Source: Eledone cirrhosa
Lineage: Eukaryota
DNA: 64,000 bases
Reading direction: 5' to 3'
Assembly (NCBI GenBank): GCA_964016885.1
Contig: OZ024743.1
Coordinates: 118,420,001-118,484,000, forward strand
Every line of letters starts with the position of its first letter. Within the stretch, counting starts at the first letter, position 1. This document shows, one piece after another, positions 26,945 to 40,463 of this stretch. Both the position numbers and the translations under genes were made by a program. The notes beneath the pieces are model-generated. The model had not been told where the DNA came from. It saw only the letters and a program-made list of their open reading frames with translations, and made no database searches.

Positions 26945-27900
26945 TATATATATGATATAAAACTGACGGCCGTATGTATGTAACAAACTTTTCGCCAAAC
27001 GGCTGGATGAAACAGCACCAAATTTGCACCATACATGTAACCTATTCCAAGTAAGAAAGTGAGGGTATTTTTGTCTACTGAATTTTGTTAAAAGATTAAA
27101 GACATTATTTAAATATTTCAAATGTCAACACTTCCGTTTATACGACATTCCACACTTTTTCTTAGTCAGTCTTTTTAGTTAGATACATAGCTATGATGTC
27201 GCACCCTTATAATATGCCTCTGTATGTCTGGCTGTCTGCATTAGAAAACTTTTTTCGAAATATTTACTTCTGCGTTCACAGATTGATTTTTTTAGTCTTA
27301 GAAGATCCCGTTAAGGGTGAAAGCAGCGATTTTTTGCTTAAACTTTAATCTGTTATTTTAATATTTCAGAAGATCCTGTTAAGGGTGAAAGCAGCGATTC
27401 TTTGCTTAAACTTTAATCTGTTATTTTAAAATATATATTCGTGTACATATATTTTTGCATACACAAAAACAAATACCTATTTATTTCACGAAAGCACGGA
27501 TACATGCCCACATTTAAAGTACAGGGCCAAGTGTACCACTCGATTGGAAGTCTCCTACCTCTGACCGACGAAGACCACAAGTTTTTGCAAAGCAATACTT
27601 CGCCATCGGGCCATCCCAGGAACCAGATTTGAAATCATTCGCCAGTTACAGGGTATGTTAAGCAACTTCAGTTTCCAATAAGACTAAGTTTCGCGATTAC
27701 CATCAACAAAGCTCTGGGTCAAATCCTAAAAGTGGCTGGCCTTCACTGGGAAAACCATGCTTCTTCCATGGTCAATTCTATGTAGGATGCTCTAGGGTAA
27801 GCTCGCCAAACAATCTCTTCCTCTTTGCTCCGGAGGGCCGAACAAAAAATATTGTATACTCTGAGGCTCTAACAATGTAATTTATGTATTTTCTGTTACT
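26945..27900 (+). mobile_element. Internally deleted Helitron (RepHel fragments)
   Basis: GYMPTFKVQGQVYHSIGSLLP..KFLQ (27497-27590), then PIF1-type helicase end QFPIRLSFAITINKALGQ..HGQFYVGCSRV..GRTKNIVYSEAL* (27665-27880). 68-bp tandem duplication at 27300-27430. Confidence 0.85.
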
Positions 27901-28199
27901 TGGAATTTCAATTATGGTTGTACACATTATTGTTTGTTAAAAAATGTGTTCTCTGTTTAGCCTTTATTGTTGTAACTATCAATTTTCTTTATCGTACTGG
28001 CTGCTGAACTGGGGAATCCTAAAAACTATTCAAACCCAACATCAGAGCACGTTAACCCCAACCAGACTTGAGAGGGCGTGCGGTATTTTTCCACTGGAGT
28101 GTGTGTGTATGTGTGTGTGTGTATTAATGTTTAAGTTGTTACAAAGATGTTATAAAGACTATAATTATTATTAAATAATAAATAATATTTAACTAGATG

Positions 28200-29275
28200 T
28201 AAAAAGGATATATTAATATAAATAAATATTGTAGTATTTACGTATTTCGCAATACTAGGGTAAGGGAGTTAATTTAAGGGTTTATACCGGTGTTCAGAAT
28301 TACAAAGTAAACTTCTAATTTTGCGTTATCTAAATATTATTGATAACTAAATACATTTGATTTAATATGTGTTTATCATTTATACTTATCTAAATTATAT
28401 TTGTCATATATGAGGTATATGCGGGTGAGATATTTAAGAAAATTAATACATTACATTGAAATAGTGAAATATATTATTAAGGTGGAACCTAAAGGAAGTT
28501 AGATGAGATAAGATAATATATTGTATAAAATGTATCAATACATAATGTTAATAATCTATCTGTAACATTTACTATATATAAATGTGGCAGACTACAGATT
28601 ATTCCATTCTTATGAATTTAAATTAAGATTAAGTACTAGTTGAATTATATAGACATAGTTAAATGTATATGCGGTTACGTTTTATGCCTATCTAATATAT
28701 ATTTATCCTATAAATGTATCAAAAGTATGGCAATGAATAGAATGACAGATCCCCAGTAATTATACTAAAGTATTTATTATTATTATTAAGGTAACAAAAG
28801 AGGGAGTTTGATACGATAGTATATTGTATTAACTAAACAAATGTATCATGTAATCTATATAAATATTAAATAATAATTGTTTCTAGTTTTGGCAATTACC
28901 ACTAGTTGAAGTATAAACGATTGTAGGTTTTTATGCGGGAAAGTGGAAACGATTTCTGATTTCCTATTTAAAAGATTAGATTTCGATTTAATGATAAGCT
29001 GAAATTCAAGAAAGCATACACTACATATTCTATTATTAAGTTCATAAGAGCCCGATCTAGTAAATTAGAGGATATAGATGTGTAATAGATGTTCCTGTCG
29101 AATTGAATGAATTTATAAGTTTTGTTCACGCTTATTAAACCATTAAATAACTTCGATGAATTCTTTTTACAAACTAAGAATATTGTTGTGATAAAACTGT
29201 ATAACATCCAATCTATTATTGGAATGTTACTACTCTTCCAAATAACATCTAAGTATTTTAATACAACTGACATAT
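28200..29275 (-). pseudogene. Highly decayed PLE RT
   Basis: WKSSNIPIIDW..FIQFDRNIYYTSISSNLLDRAL resembles the PLE motif FIQFDIxxFYPSIS. 29130-29270 has an inverted homolog at about 26750-26880. Confidence 0.55.
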
Positions 29276-29282
29276 ATATATA

Positions 29283-29643
29283 CTAGCTGACGTACCCAGC
29301 TTCGCCCGGGTAAACAGATGATAAGAGAAGACAGGTAAAAGAGAAAATGACTGTATTGGATGTTTGTCTGGTTGCAGTATGAGGCGTGTCCGTGGTGTTT
29401 GTGTGATACAGAAAACAGTAAAAAACAATCTTCCAGATATACCAGATTCTTCGTTGTACCGTTTGTGCATAGTATATGAACAATTCTAGGTGCTTCCACC
29501 TAGAATAGTGACCTCTAGGAAATGGTTCATCTTCTGCCTGACTGTAAAACGTGTATCATTGCATAGACGTGGTTGTTTCACGTTTCTCAAAAGGATGATG
29601 GAAGTTCCAATCTTTTATATTATAATATAGATATAGATATAGA
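29283..29643 (-). mobile_element. Non-autonomous Helitron
   Basis: 5' TCTATATCTATATTATAATATAAAAG, helicase C-terminal remnant NGTTKNLVYLE, 3' hairpin ACCCGGGCGAAGCTGGGT followed by CTAG-T. Confidence 0.8.
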
Positions 29644-30882
29644 TAATTAATATAAAAGATGATGCTCAGCCAGTTCGTCAACAACCATCGCAGCACGCCG
29701 TGTTTCGTTGGCGTTATTCAGCCAGCTCCTCTTCAATCATGGAGGCACGTCGTCGCCTCTGAAGTTCGGCGTTCCGATGGGGCTATTCAGCCCGTTTTTC
29801 TTCATTCCTGGCTGCACGCCGTCGCCGCTATAGTTCACTGTTTGATAAAGTCGAATTGCTTTTATTATCAGTATTCATTTCGAGCAATTGTCAAAAAATG
29901 ACACAATAATATATATAAAAGATGTCTGTCAATGTAAAAAAAGGTCCCTATTCACTCCTTCACAACTCTGTGTATGTTAGACTGACAGACAGGCTCACAG
30001 ACAGTAAACTGCGTGGCGATTGTGGAACGCCCCACGTACACACACATACACGCATGGAAACGCGCACACGCACGCAAACTTACACACGCACCCGTGCACT
30101 TACACACATTTACACACTCACACATGTTGATAGTTTTTACTTTCTGTGGAGCGCTACACGCACGCACACACACATAAATATACGCGCACGTACATACACA
30201 CGCACACATGGCAATAGTTACAGCGTTCTCTTTGCCTCTCTGTTTCTTACTCTCCCCTCTCACTTCCCTCATTGGCATTATGTGTATTAATTTAAGTTTG
30301 GCGTCGTTGAGGTGGGCGGAGTCGTTTGAAACCTACGAACCAATGATAATCGAGAATTATGACACACGGAATACTGATGTTGTTGAAATTAATATATAGA
30401 TATATATGACATAATATATGTCATCCGTTGTTCTAAATTGACTTATATTAATGTTAATTAAAATCTATTGATTCCTATAGTTTATGCTAACAAACACCAA
30501 ATTGGTAAATAAAATAACTTACAGTCGGTATATTCCTATGAGAAGAAACAATTATCAGTGATTAAATATCTTCTTCAATTTTTAATTTTAGTATATAAGC
30601 ACATTGAGTATAGTGCATAATGTAGAAAATAATATTTTTAAGAAGGTTAAGACAATGCAGAATGGATGATAGAATTTATTTTAGATGAAGACAAAGAAAA
30701 AGTTTGTATCCTGTTATGTATTATTGTATTGGTTTTCGTCCTAATATTTCAGGATTTAAAAATCCCTTCCTCAGAGTTCCCCCACCCCCCACATATATAT
30801 ATATATATATGTGTTGTTTACTTGTCTCACTCGCTTTACGCGATTCACTTGTCCCAATAGCTTATTTTAGTTATTGCTCGCA

Positions 30883-30950
30883 CCAACCTGAGGTATATGA
30901 TTTTTAATGCGATGAAATACCAATGATGGTTGGCAAATCACTGATGAGGG
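30883..30950 (+). ncRNA. Candidate non-circularly permuted hammerhead ribozyme (family B, copy 1)
   Basis: Stem III ggtaT/Atacc, AUA site 30895-97, stem I tgattt/aaatca, GAAA 30914-17 before CTGATGA 30941-47, outer helix ccaacc/ggttgg. Element spans about 30810-31010 between (TA)n tracts. Confidence 0.65.
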
Positions 30951-31008
30951 ACTAATTTTATAATATGTAACCCATGTGCAACCACGCAGTATTCCTCTTT
31001 CTTCCCAT

Positions 31009-31164
<156 letters not shown>

Positions 31165-31921
31165 CTGCAAACTCTGCTAAGAGTAATGCAATCGCTAGTC
31201 AGATTACAGAAAATGGTCCATCTTTAAGCTATGGTCAGCCACGCGAACCTGTAGCAGATCCTGAATAAGCAAATCTTGTGCTTTCAATGTTTTTAAGTGG
31301 GAAAAAATTCTTGCACTCGACCAATCCCACCCTCTGAGCATCCAAAACACTACCCGTAAAGGAGAACTCTTCAACATCATCGAAGCCGCAGGTTTTTTTT
31401 TCAGAGTTTCCTTTTCTTAGAAAGGTGAAAAATAACAAAAAAAAAACGAAAAGTACTATTTGGATGGCCGTTGACTCCTCCAACTTGTATTTCATCCCAC
31501 AGGGTGTCCATATATCACCCTCCTCACCAAGCAAGCTTGGTGGGGGTTGCAGATTTAGCACCCCATTGAAAGACATGTGAAGGCCGGATTCCAGTAAATT
31601 GCATTTTTGTTGCATACATAATTTGTGTCTGATCAGTCTACGTCATCAGAACATGACGTGAAACAATCGGTGACGTCATGAACATAACAGATTTAGTTAA
31701 GTAATCCGTATTTTGGCACGGCAGAAATGAGAACAAAAACAAAGAATTAATGATACAGAGGCATCCAAACTAGCGATGTTACCGCTGTTACAGCTTGCAA
31801 TTGAAATACGTATTAGGCATTAATGAAGGAAGTTATTGTAACCGGCCTTAACGTTTTTCATTGAACTATACGCACACACACACACACACACACACACATA
31901 CGCATGCACGCACACACACAG

Positions 31922-31986
<65 letters not shown>

Positions 31987-31989
<3 letters not shown>

Positions 31990-32215
31990 CAAGGACGATT
32001 TGTTAACCATTCATTACGTTTATTGATTGGTGACCCGCGTTTCGCTATTGATCAGCTCAAGGTTCAATCTGTATCGATCTGGCCGAACTCTGGAATCAGA
32101 ATCTCGTCAGACTTCTGCTACGAACCTTTGATCGAACCTTGAGCTGATCAATAGCGAAACTCGTGCCATATAAGAATAAACGTAATGAAGGTTTCAAAAA
32201 TCGTTCTATTATTAT
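31987..32215. repeat. Fold-back element with a candidate decayed type I HHR on the minus strand (32029-32113)
   Basis: Arms GTTTCGCTATTGATCAGCTCAAGGTTC / GAACCTTGAGCTGATCAATAGCGAAAC. Minus strand reads gt-CTGACGA-g...c-GAAA-cgcggg-TC-ac. Confidence 0.6.
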
Positions 32216-32388
32216 TATATTTTTATATTACACTCTATGTAGCTCTACACATCTCCAATGACGTGAATCTAAACATCGAGTGCTCACCTGGGTGAACCTA
32301 CGGTAACTTCACGTTAGACTCCCTGGATGTCTCGCTCGCTTCACCCTATTTTACTTGTCTCAATAACTTTATTTAGTTATTGCTCGCA

Positions 32389-32455
32389 CCAACGAGAGGT
32401 ATATAATTTTTAAAGCGATGAAATACCAATAAAGGTTGGAAGATCACTGATGAAG
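32389..32455 (+). ncRNA. Permuted HHR family B, copy 2 (one stem I mismatch)
   Basis: ccaac..ggtaTA-taattt..GAAAtacc..gttgg-a-agatca-CTGATGA. (TA)n begins about 50 nt downstream. Confidence 0.55.
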
Positions 32456-32501
32456 AACTAATATTATTCATATGTAATCCATGTGCAAGCAGCACTCCAT
32501 T

Positions 32502-32542
<41 letters not shown>

Positions 32543-32612
32543 AAAAATGCATATATATTATATAAATATATATATACATATATATTATATAAATATATAT
32601 ATACATATATAT

Positions 32613-32696
<84 letters not shown>

Positions 32697-33696
32697 CATT
32701 TATATAACCATACTCTACTACCGCAAGTATCGAGTACTCTGGTGAATAATGGTCTAACCAGTTTCTTACTGAATTTATCTTTATATATATATATTACGAA
32801 TGAAATTGGATCTTAATCTTATTCTTTCTCATTCTGATGCATTCAAACTTAGAGTGTATGTGCGTATGAGTAAACTAACTGGCTGTACATGTTTTTCCGT
32901 GCATAAGTACGAGTGTGTGTGTGTGTTTCTGTGTGTTTGTATGTGTGTGTGTTTAGAAGGAAACCTCCCCTCAGTAAGAAACGGAAATGCGTATATTGAG
33001 CTGTTATTATTGAAAATTTAATGGAAACAACAGATTAATTGTCAGCTATTGCTAAAATACATACGGAAACATCTAGAAATATGAAACTTAATGTGAAACG
33101 ATATATGATAGGATGACCTTTAAGAAATAGCAGCCAAATCCGATAGAATACAGCAGAAAATATCGGGATTTATGCAAGCAAATTATTGTGAGTATATTGT
33201 TGACGGCTTTTTGATAATATAACATGAGGGCTTCAAGAAATAGAAGTAAATATGAGTAACATTTGACTTTATAACAATAAGAATAAACCAGTTATGTTTT
33301 AATACTACATTTCCCGAGATAACAGTAGCAAGAAAAACAACGAAATACGTTGCAACGAATGTACCTGAAACTTTACTCTCGCTATTGATGGCAAAGTTAG
33401 GAAAAATATAGCCAACATTGTCGTCGTCATCAATTGTCGTCATAATCATCACAATCAACATAATCATAATTAGATTTGTCGTTATGATCACTGTCACTAT
33501 GGCAATGCTTAGTCATCTGTTTTGCAAGCCATAAATGGAGATTGCATCATATCACTTCCGTTTTCGATGAAGCTTTTCATAGCTGTCATTAGAGTAAGAT
33601 TACTACTTAATGATGTTGATGAATTATGTAATGTGGAATTAGAAAATTCACAAACACACACATACACCCCACCCATATATAAATAAACAAATAAAC

Positions 33697-33789
<93 letters not shown>

Positions 33790-34698
33790 TGAATGTGTGT
33801 AGATAAGATGAAGGGAAAATAGCGTTCAATGTTATTATTAACAAGTGATCGGTTAAACTGATCGCTGCCTTAGGTTTCGAAGCATAGCCCCCTTGGATAA
33901 ACATAATCTAATGTATTAAATAGAACGCTGTAATATAGGATTAATTAAATGGAATAATACGATGGGTGTATAACGAAACTATTCATTACAAAGCGATGCA
34001 TTATAGAATATACTAATGTACAATGGTAACTGTTGTGTGCGTCGTACTGTTTTACAGAAAATCATTGATAAAATGTAAATTGAGTGAATTAAATATGTAC
34101 AACAGTCAGCTCGTAAAGAATTCAATAACTAACGCCTAATGCTGTTAGACTAGTAGTTATTTACGAGACAACCCGTATATTTTGTTATAACACCAGCAGG
34201 TGTATTAATGATACATTGTTATACTATGATTAAGTGTAGTGTATTAATAATAAAATTTAATAATTTAAATTTAAAGTCAATGAAGTCTGATTGGTAAATT
34301 ATTAACACAAATCAATAATGGGTTCAAATTTTGACTTAGTGTTTCTATAACAATATAACTTTCAAAGTTATAATTTGAAATAAAATACAGTGAAACAAAA
34401 AAATACAATTAAGAACAAGAATATCTTTAGGCGGCGAAATAGCTGTATGGTGTGCAAGTGGCTTATCATTATGATGTTATTAATACTTTAAGTGCAGCTA
34501 GGCCGTGATACGTCATGAAACGTTAGTTTTGATTGCAGAGTTAATTTGTTACATTCATTTATAAATCATGTATACTCGAGACCATCACCTTAAATTATAT
34601 AAAATGAAAGACGTGTTTAGTAAATAGGGTTATGAATTAAAGCTAACACACTGATTCACTCAAGCAATCATTTCTCTCCCTCTCTCTCTTCAAATTTA

Positions 34699-34754
<56 letters not shown>

Positions 34755-34761
<7 letters not shown>

Positions 34762-35585
34762 AATTAGTATATCTACCAACATATATATACAGATGCATAC
34801 CTATGCTAGCAAATATATACGTTTTGTCTTAGTAACTTTGTAGTTCAATGCAAGGGGATGCAGAACAATTATATGAAAGACGTAAAATAAGAAAATTATA
34901 AAAATTAACTTACTGAAATTTCACTCCAACTAATTAGTTTCTGAAAGGGAATAAACATGGTTTCCAAATGGAAAGCACGGAGAAGCCGTTTCGTCATCAG
35001 GAAGTCTGTTCTCAGCTAAGTTACCAGACGATGCGTGGACACAGAACTTATACAAAAATAATTCAGTGGATGGAAAAAAGCAAGCGTGGAATAAATTCCA
35101 AACCTATATATTTGCTAGCATAGGTATGCATCTGTATATATATGTTGGTAGATATACTAATTCTTTATAATTATCTCCAAATTATTTTGTTGAGCAAAAA
35201 TTTGCTAAAACTGCTACTATAGTTCATAGTAATGGCTCGGCTGCTGTCTTTTTAACACCCCATTCCTCACTGATTAACCTCGATGTCACGTGATTGAGTC
35301 TTTTGAATTTGCCACCGACCAAGTAGGCAGTGATTTTTTCAATGTCTTGGAATTTAGTCCACGCTTGCCTTTTTCCATCCACTGAATTATTTTTGTATAA
35401 GTTCCCTGTGTCCACGCATCGCCTGGTAACTTAGCTGAGAACAGACTTCTTGATGACGAAACGGCTTCTCCATGCTTTCCATTTGGAAACCATGTTTATT
35501 CCCTTTCAGAAACTAATTAGTTGGAGTGAAATTTTAGTAAGTAAGTTAATTTTTATAATTTTCTTATTTTACGTCTTTCATATAT
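34755..35585. repeat. Two interleaved inverted repeats (X-Y-rcX-rcY)
   Basis: X 34755-34819 versus 35105-35170. Y 34872-35100 versus 35346-35585. Confidence 0.9.
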
Positions 35586-35755
35586 ATATAATTAGGATAA
35601 CAAATTATCGTTTTAGCTAATCCCGTTAGAGTTTGTGGGTACTCTGTACTATGGATAGATTTAACGTACGGCGTTGTTTGGCTTAACAAGAAGTTTCCTT
35701 AGTCAGGTAGCGAGTTTGCGAGAATTCCCATGCAGGTTATTCTTGGAGTAATTGT

Positions 35756-36030
35756 AGTGAAAGAGTGGTCCGCTGTACAAAAAGGGTTTTATTTATAGTA
35801 TTAACAATTGTTTCATTGACAAGGTGAATCTAAAGATGGCTAATCACTCGAAGTTGCGTCACTCAACCTTAAATACAGTTTGTATCTCTGACCAAATCAT
35901 CGGAATACTGAGTGACGCAACTTCGAGTGATTATCGGTCTTTAGACTCACCTGATCAATGAAACAATTGTTAATACTATAAATAAAACCCTTTTGTACAG
36001 CCGACCATGTCATACTTCACTCTTTCACTA
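35756..36030. repeat. About 110-bp-arm fold-back
   Basis: CTGTACAAAAAGGGTTTTATTTATAGTATTAACAATTGTTTCATTGA..CGAAGTTGCGTCACTCA and its reverse complement. Confidence 0.9.
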
Positions 36031-36572
36031 TATTTAGAAAATCTAGAAATCCGTAAACGCTGGAAATAACTGTAACTATAGAAAGTTAGGTAAAAGAAAC
36101 AAATAGAGAAACAAACTTGGCCAGCTGCCGCTTTCGACCATTGAGGAAAACGAACTCCATTGAGTTTAAATACCTCTGCTTAGCAGAATGGACCAGCACG
36201 CTCAACAGAGATTTAAGATGTACGAAGTTCGATTCTTCGTAGCGGCTGCTGGTCACTTTTTCTGTATATATGGGTAATATACCCGATTATTAAAGCTATT
36301 CTTTATAGCAATCGACTGCGGTTATTTTCTACATTTGACAATTCAACATTTTCTGAGAATTTCAATCTACTGAACACTGGAAAAAATGAGGTTCTACGTC
36401 ATTGATGCCGAGTTGTATTAGATTTGCCTGTCTCCTTGGACAACTTCAGTAGCGTGAACATCATCGGTAGCATGGCTGACTGCTGGTCTTTCACGAAACA
36501 CATTTCCCGGGCTTGTACTTCGAAGCTTCTCAGGGGAACATTCCGTGGTCATTCGTGCCCGAGGAAGGAGGG

Positions 36573-36649
<77 letters not shown>

Positions 36650-36791
36650 CGAAAGTAGTGTGGTAAGGAACCAGGTGGACCATAACGCACCAGAGTACTC
36701 AATACATAGGGTAGTAAAGTGGGTAATAGGAAAATGTTCAGAAATAACCGTCGAAACGGCTTGAGCTCTGCCGTCGGGGTCTTGAACATTT

Positions 36792-36832
<41 letters not shown>

Positions 36833-37060
36833 GAATTCCAACTTTGACTGATTTACTCGTTTTATTTACAATCCTTTAAAATTTATAATGGTATTAGAAT
36901 GAAATAGTATGGTAGAATATTAAATGTTAAGTGTTAATTGAACATTGAACAAGTAGTTTCATGCTTTCGCAATGTTCAGGTTCATAATGTGTGGTGACAG
37001 TCAAGTTTGCAATTTTAAACTGTTGAAAATTGCAAACTTGACTGTCACCACACATTATGT

Positions 37061-37138
37061 GAAATACCCCTATAATTCGGCAATGAATAGTTTGTTGTTC
37101 TGTTTCCCTCTCGTGCATTGGAGTCTTCAACATCTCTA

Positions 37139-37170
<32 letters not shown>

Positions 37171-37248
37171 TAGAGATGTTGAAGACTCCAATGCACGAGA
37201 GGGAAACAGAACAACAAACTATTCATTGCCGAATTATAGGGGTATTTC
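37061..37248. repeat. Perfect 80-bp inverted repeat centred on (TA)n
   Basis: GAAATACCCCTATAATTCGG...CAACATCTCTAAT, then (TA)n, then the exact reverse complement. Confidence 0.95.
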
Positions 37249-39030
37249 TCAAAAGCAGTAAAATACACAAATACAAGTTTAAGGGATTCTAATCATCGAA
37301 GTTTAGAAAAAACTCCAATATTTTATGTTGATAAAGAGTACAACATTTTCATCATATAACACTTGAAAAATCATTGACATTTTCAAACATAATGTAGTAC
37401 AATCTATTTAAATGCTTTTCTGATACAGTTTCAGTTAAATTTGATTTTTGTATAATTTGAATAATGACTTGAGTATGTTTAGGTGATTGTTATCTTTTTA
37501 GCTCGAACTACACTATCAGGTGTATCCTGTTGAAGGAACTTGGTATATAGATTCAGTAATTGTTAATGTCTATTTGCAGCAGATCATGTGACAACATTAA
37601 GGCATGTACAATGGTGTCACTGATATTTTAGATTGTTATCGATATTTTCATGTCATGTAAAGGATTGTTCTTTTAGACATACAGTTGGTTATATTTTACT
37701 GGGTAGAGGTTTTTGAAGCTTGCCTTTGTAATTCCCAAACCAATTTGTTGGAGTGTCTTGACAAGCATCTGATTCTGTGTTTCTATATGCATTGATAATT
37801 CCTTCATACACCGTTCGTTGTTTTATATTTGTAGCTTTCTTATTTTTATCAAGTTATCAAGTTGTCTGTTTCATCGTGTTGCATAGATAAATTAATTTTA
37901 TTTGTTGTGTGGTTTTGAGTTATGTAATAGAAACGAGAGTAAACTCGATGCCAGTGAAATCAAAAAGGCATAACATTTTATTCGGTGCAAGAAATAGAGT
38001 TGCAATTTATTTCGAAACCCATCCCTTTATGTAATATGAATCTGTTTTGAACACAAACTACGTATATTAAAGGAGGGAACTGTCGATTATATTGACCTAG
38101 GCATTTCATTGGTGATTGTAACATTGACTCTAACACAAAGGTACGAAAAGGAAAGTTGTACTTGCTACTGTTCCAAATCATAAACACTGCAAGGCAGTAT
38201 GTCATTCTACTGCGATACTCACTTCGTAATATATCGAGATTATAATGATTTTCATCATATTTTAATCAACCGTCTACTGAAGAACGTCGATTTCACCTCA
38301 GTGTATTATCATTTAAATGAACTCGAGAATAATTTAAGAAATAAGGAATCTTACCTATATTACTTACGTGCTATTCCAGAATATTGAATTCGATGTAGTT
38401 CATATCCAATTGGAAAAACGATATTTATTCGGCATGGGTAGGATATTGAAAGAGTAGTAAATAATTTTAAGTATGCAGGAGTGGTCAAAATGTTTCGGAA
38501 AACGAAACATATGAAGGGTATAAGAAGGAAAAGGTGGTTATATTGATTCGGTTTGAGGTACATTGGCAGAGATTGACGTGTATAAACGAAACCAGAGTGA
38601 TTGAGACTCAATGTACTGAGTCATACAACACCATAGCATAATGTATTTGGTTCGGTTCTCCATTGCTTCCATCATTCCCTCCCCCATCCCAACGACCTCA
38701 TAAATAAGTATTTCACCATTGACCTAATATCGAGGACAACGTATGAAATGAAATTGTATATTTTAATGGGTAGTTTAGAAAACGGTGTAAAGGAGAGTGG
38801 GGAGATGACAAAGCTTTTCCGGCTAAATTACTATTTTAAATGAAATTGGAAATATAAATTATTAAATTACCGGTCCTCATTTACAAGGAGCATAAATGTG
38901 TGAGCATGTCTATGTATGTGTGTAAATGAAAGAATGTATATTCGTATTGCCCTCTCTGTCTATGTAGCACATCTATATATATAGATTATATCACATCTAT
39001 ATGCATATATGCATACACACACACACATAG

Positions 39031-39110
<80 letters not shown>

Positions 39111-39251
39111 TTGTGTGTGTATGTATTTATATATATATATACACATATATATGTATTTATGTATATATATATATATATACACATATATATATATATATAC
39201 ACACACATATATATGTATTTATATATATATATATACACACATATATATGTA

Positions 39252-39287
<36 letters not shown>

Positions 39288-40018
39288 TACATATCATACA
39301 TATCATATGTATATATCATACATACAAATCATTAAGAGGTAGTATTGGGGGAGAGAAATATAGAAAATGTGCTGGGTAGAGAGAGGAGGCACAGAAGAAA
39401 AAGAAAACAAAATATAATTTGACAGAGGAAAAGAGTCATGAATAGAATTTTGGCATACGTTGCTATAATAATTAAGCAATTGATTACCTAATTGTACCAT
39501 ACAATTTTATAAAGCATGCACAGAAACATAGACATATTTTTGATGTATTTATGCGTGTATATATATATATGCATAAATGAAATTATTAAATATTTACATT
39601 TAATTATGTTTGTATTGAAAACAAATATACATAAAGAAGATTATGTAAACCTAGATACATAAATAGATAGATATACAAGAGTTTTTAATATTGATATGCG
39701 TGCTTATATTTATTCACATGCAAACACACACACATACACCCACACACATACACATATATTTATATATATATATACAGTGATATATATATATATATATAAC
39801 CATAAAATTGAATTATTTTGGCTATATTATTATCAAAACTATAAAATTACCTAATCTGTTTTTCATTGCACCTAACTTTTAAAATAACCTCATAGCCATT
39901 TTCTAGGGATTTGTATCGTAAATGTGTAGTCTATTAACAATTTAATGTTTAAAAGATGTTAACTAGAAGCCAAATGATGCGACCAGTATTTTATTACATT
40001 GATTTATAGCAATATGTA

Positions 40019-40138
<120 letters not shown>

Positions 40139-40463
40139 TGTGTGTGTGTGTGTGTGCGTGCGCTCGTTTGTGTGTGTGCGTGCGCTCGTTTGTGTGTGTG
40201 TGTGTGTATGCGTGCGTGCGTGTGTGTGTATAGATATGTCAATGCAGTATTTTATTGTTATTACCGTCTACGGTATGATGGTATGCCGGACTGACACCCA
40301 AATGAAATGTTGACACTTTGTGTTCTCTCGATAACATATACCACGTTCTATCCTTAGGCAAGATCTTTCAATCTGAAGTCAGATTACACACGTATCTGCT
40401 AGGCCCGCAACTTATTAATGAGGCTAGTTGTTGAATAGTTAACCATTCTATTCATTACTAACT

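Noticed and set aside
34984-35006. CTGATGAcGAAA on the minus strand
   Set aside because: No stem I partner or stem II in any strand order, and the second copy reads TTGATGA.
37250-38620. Possible decayed PLE on the minus strand (also 33850-34680)
   Set aside because: Only faint motif echoes (YNFPF, YLKPN), insufficient without an HMM search.
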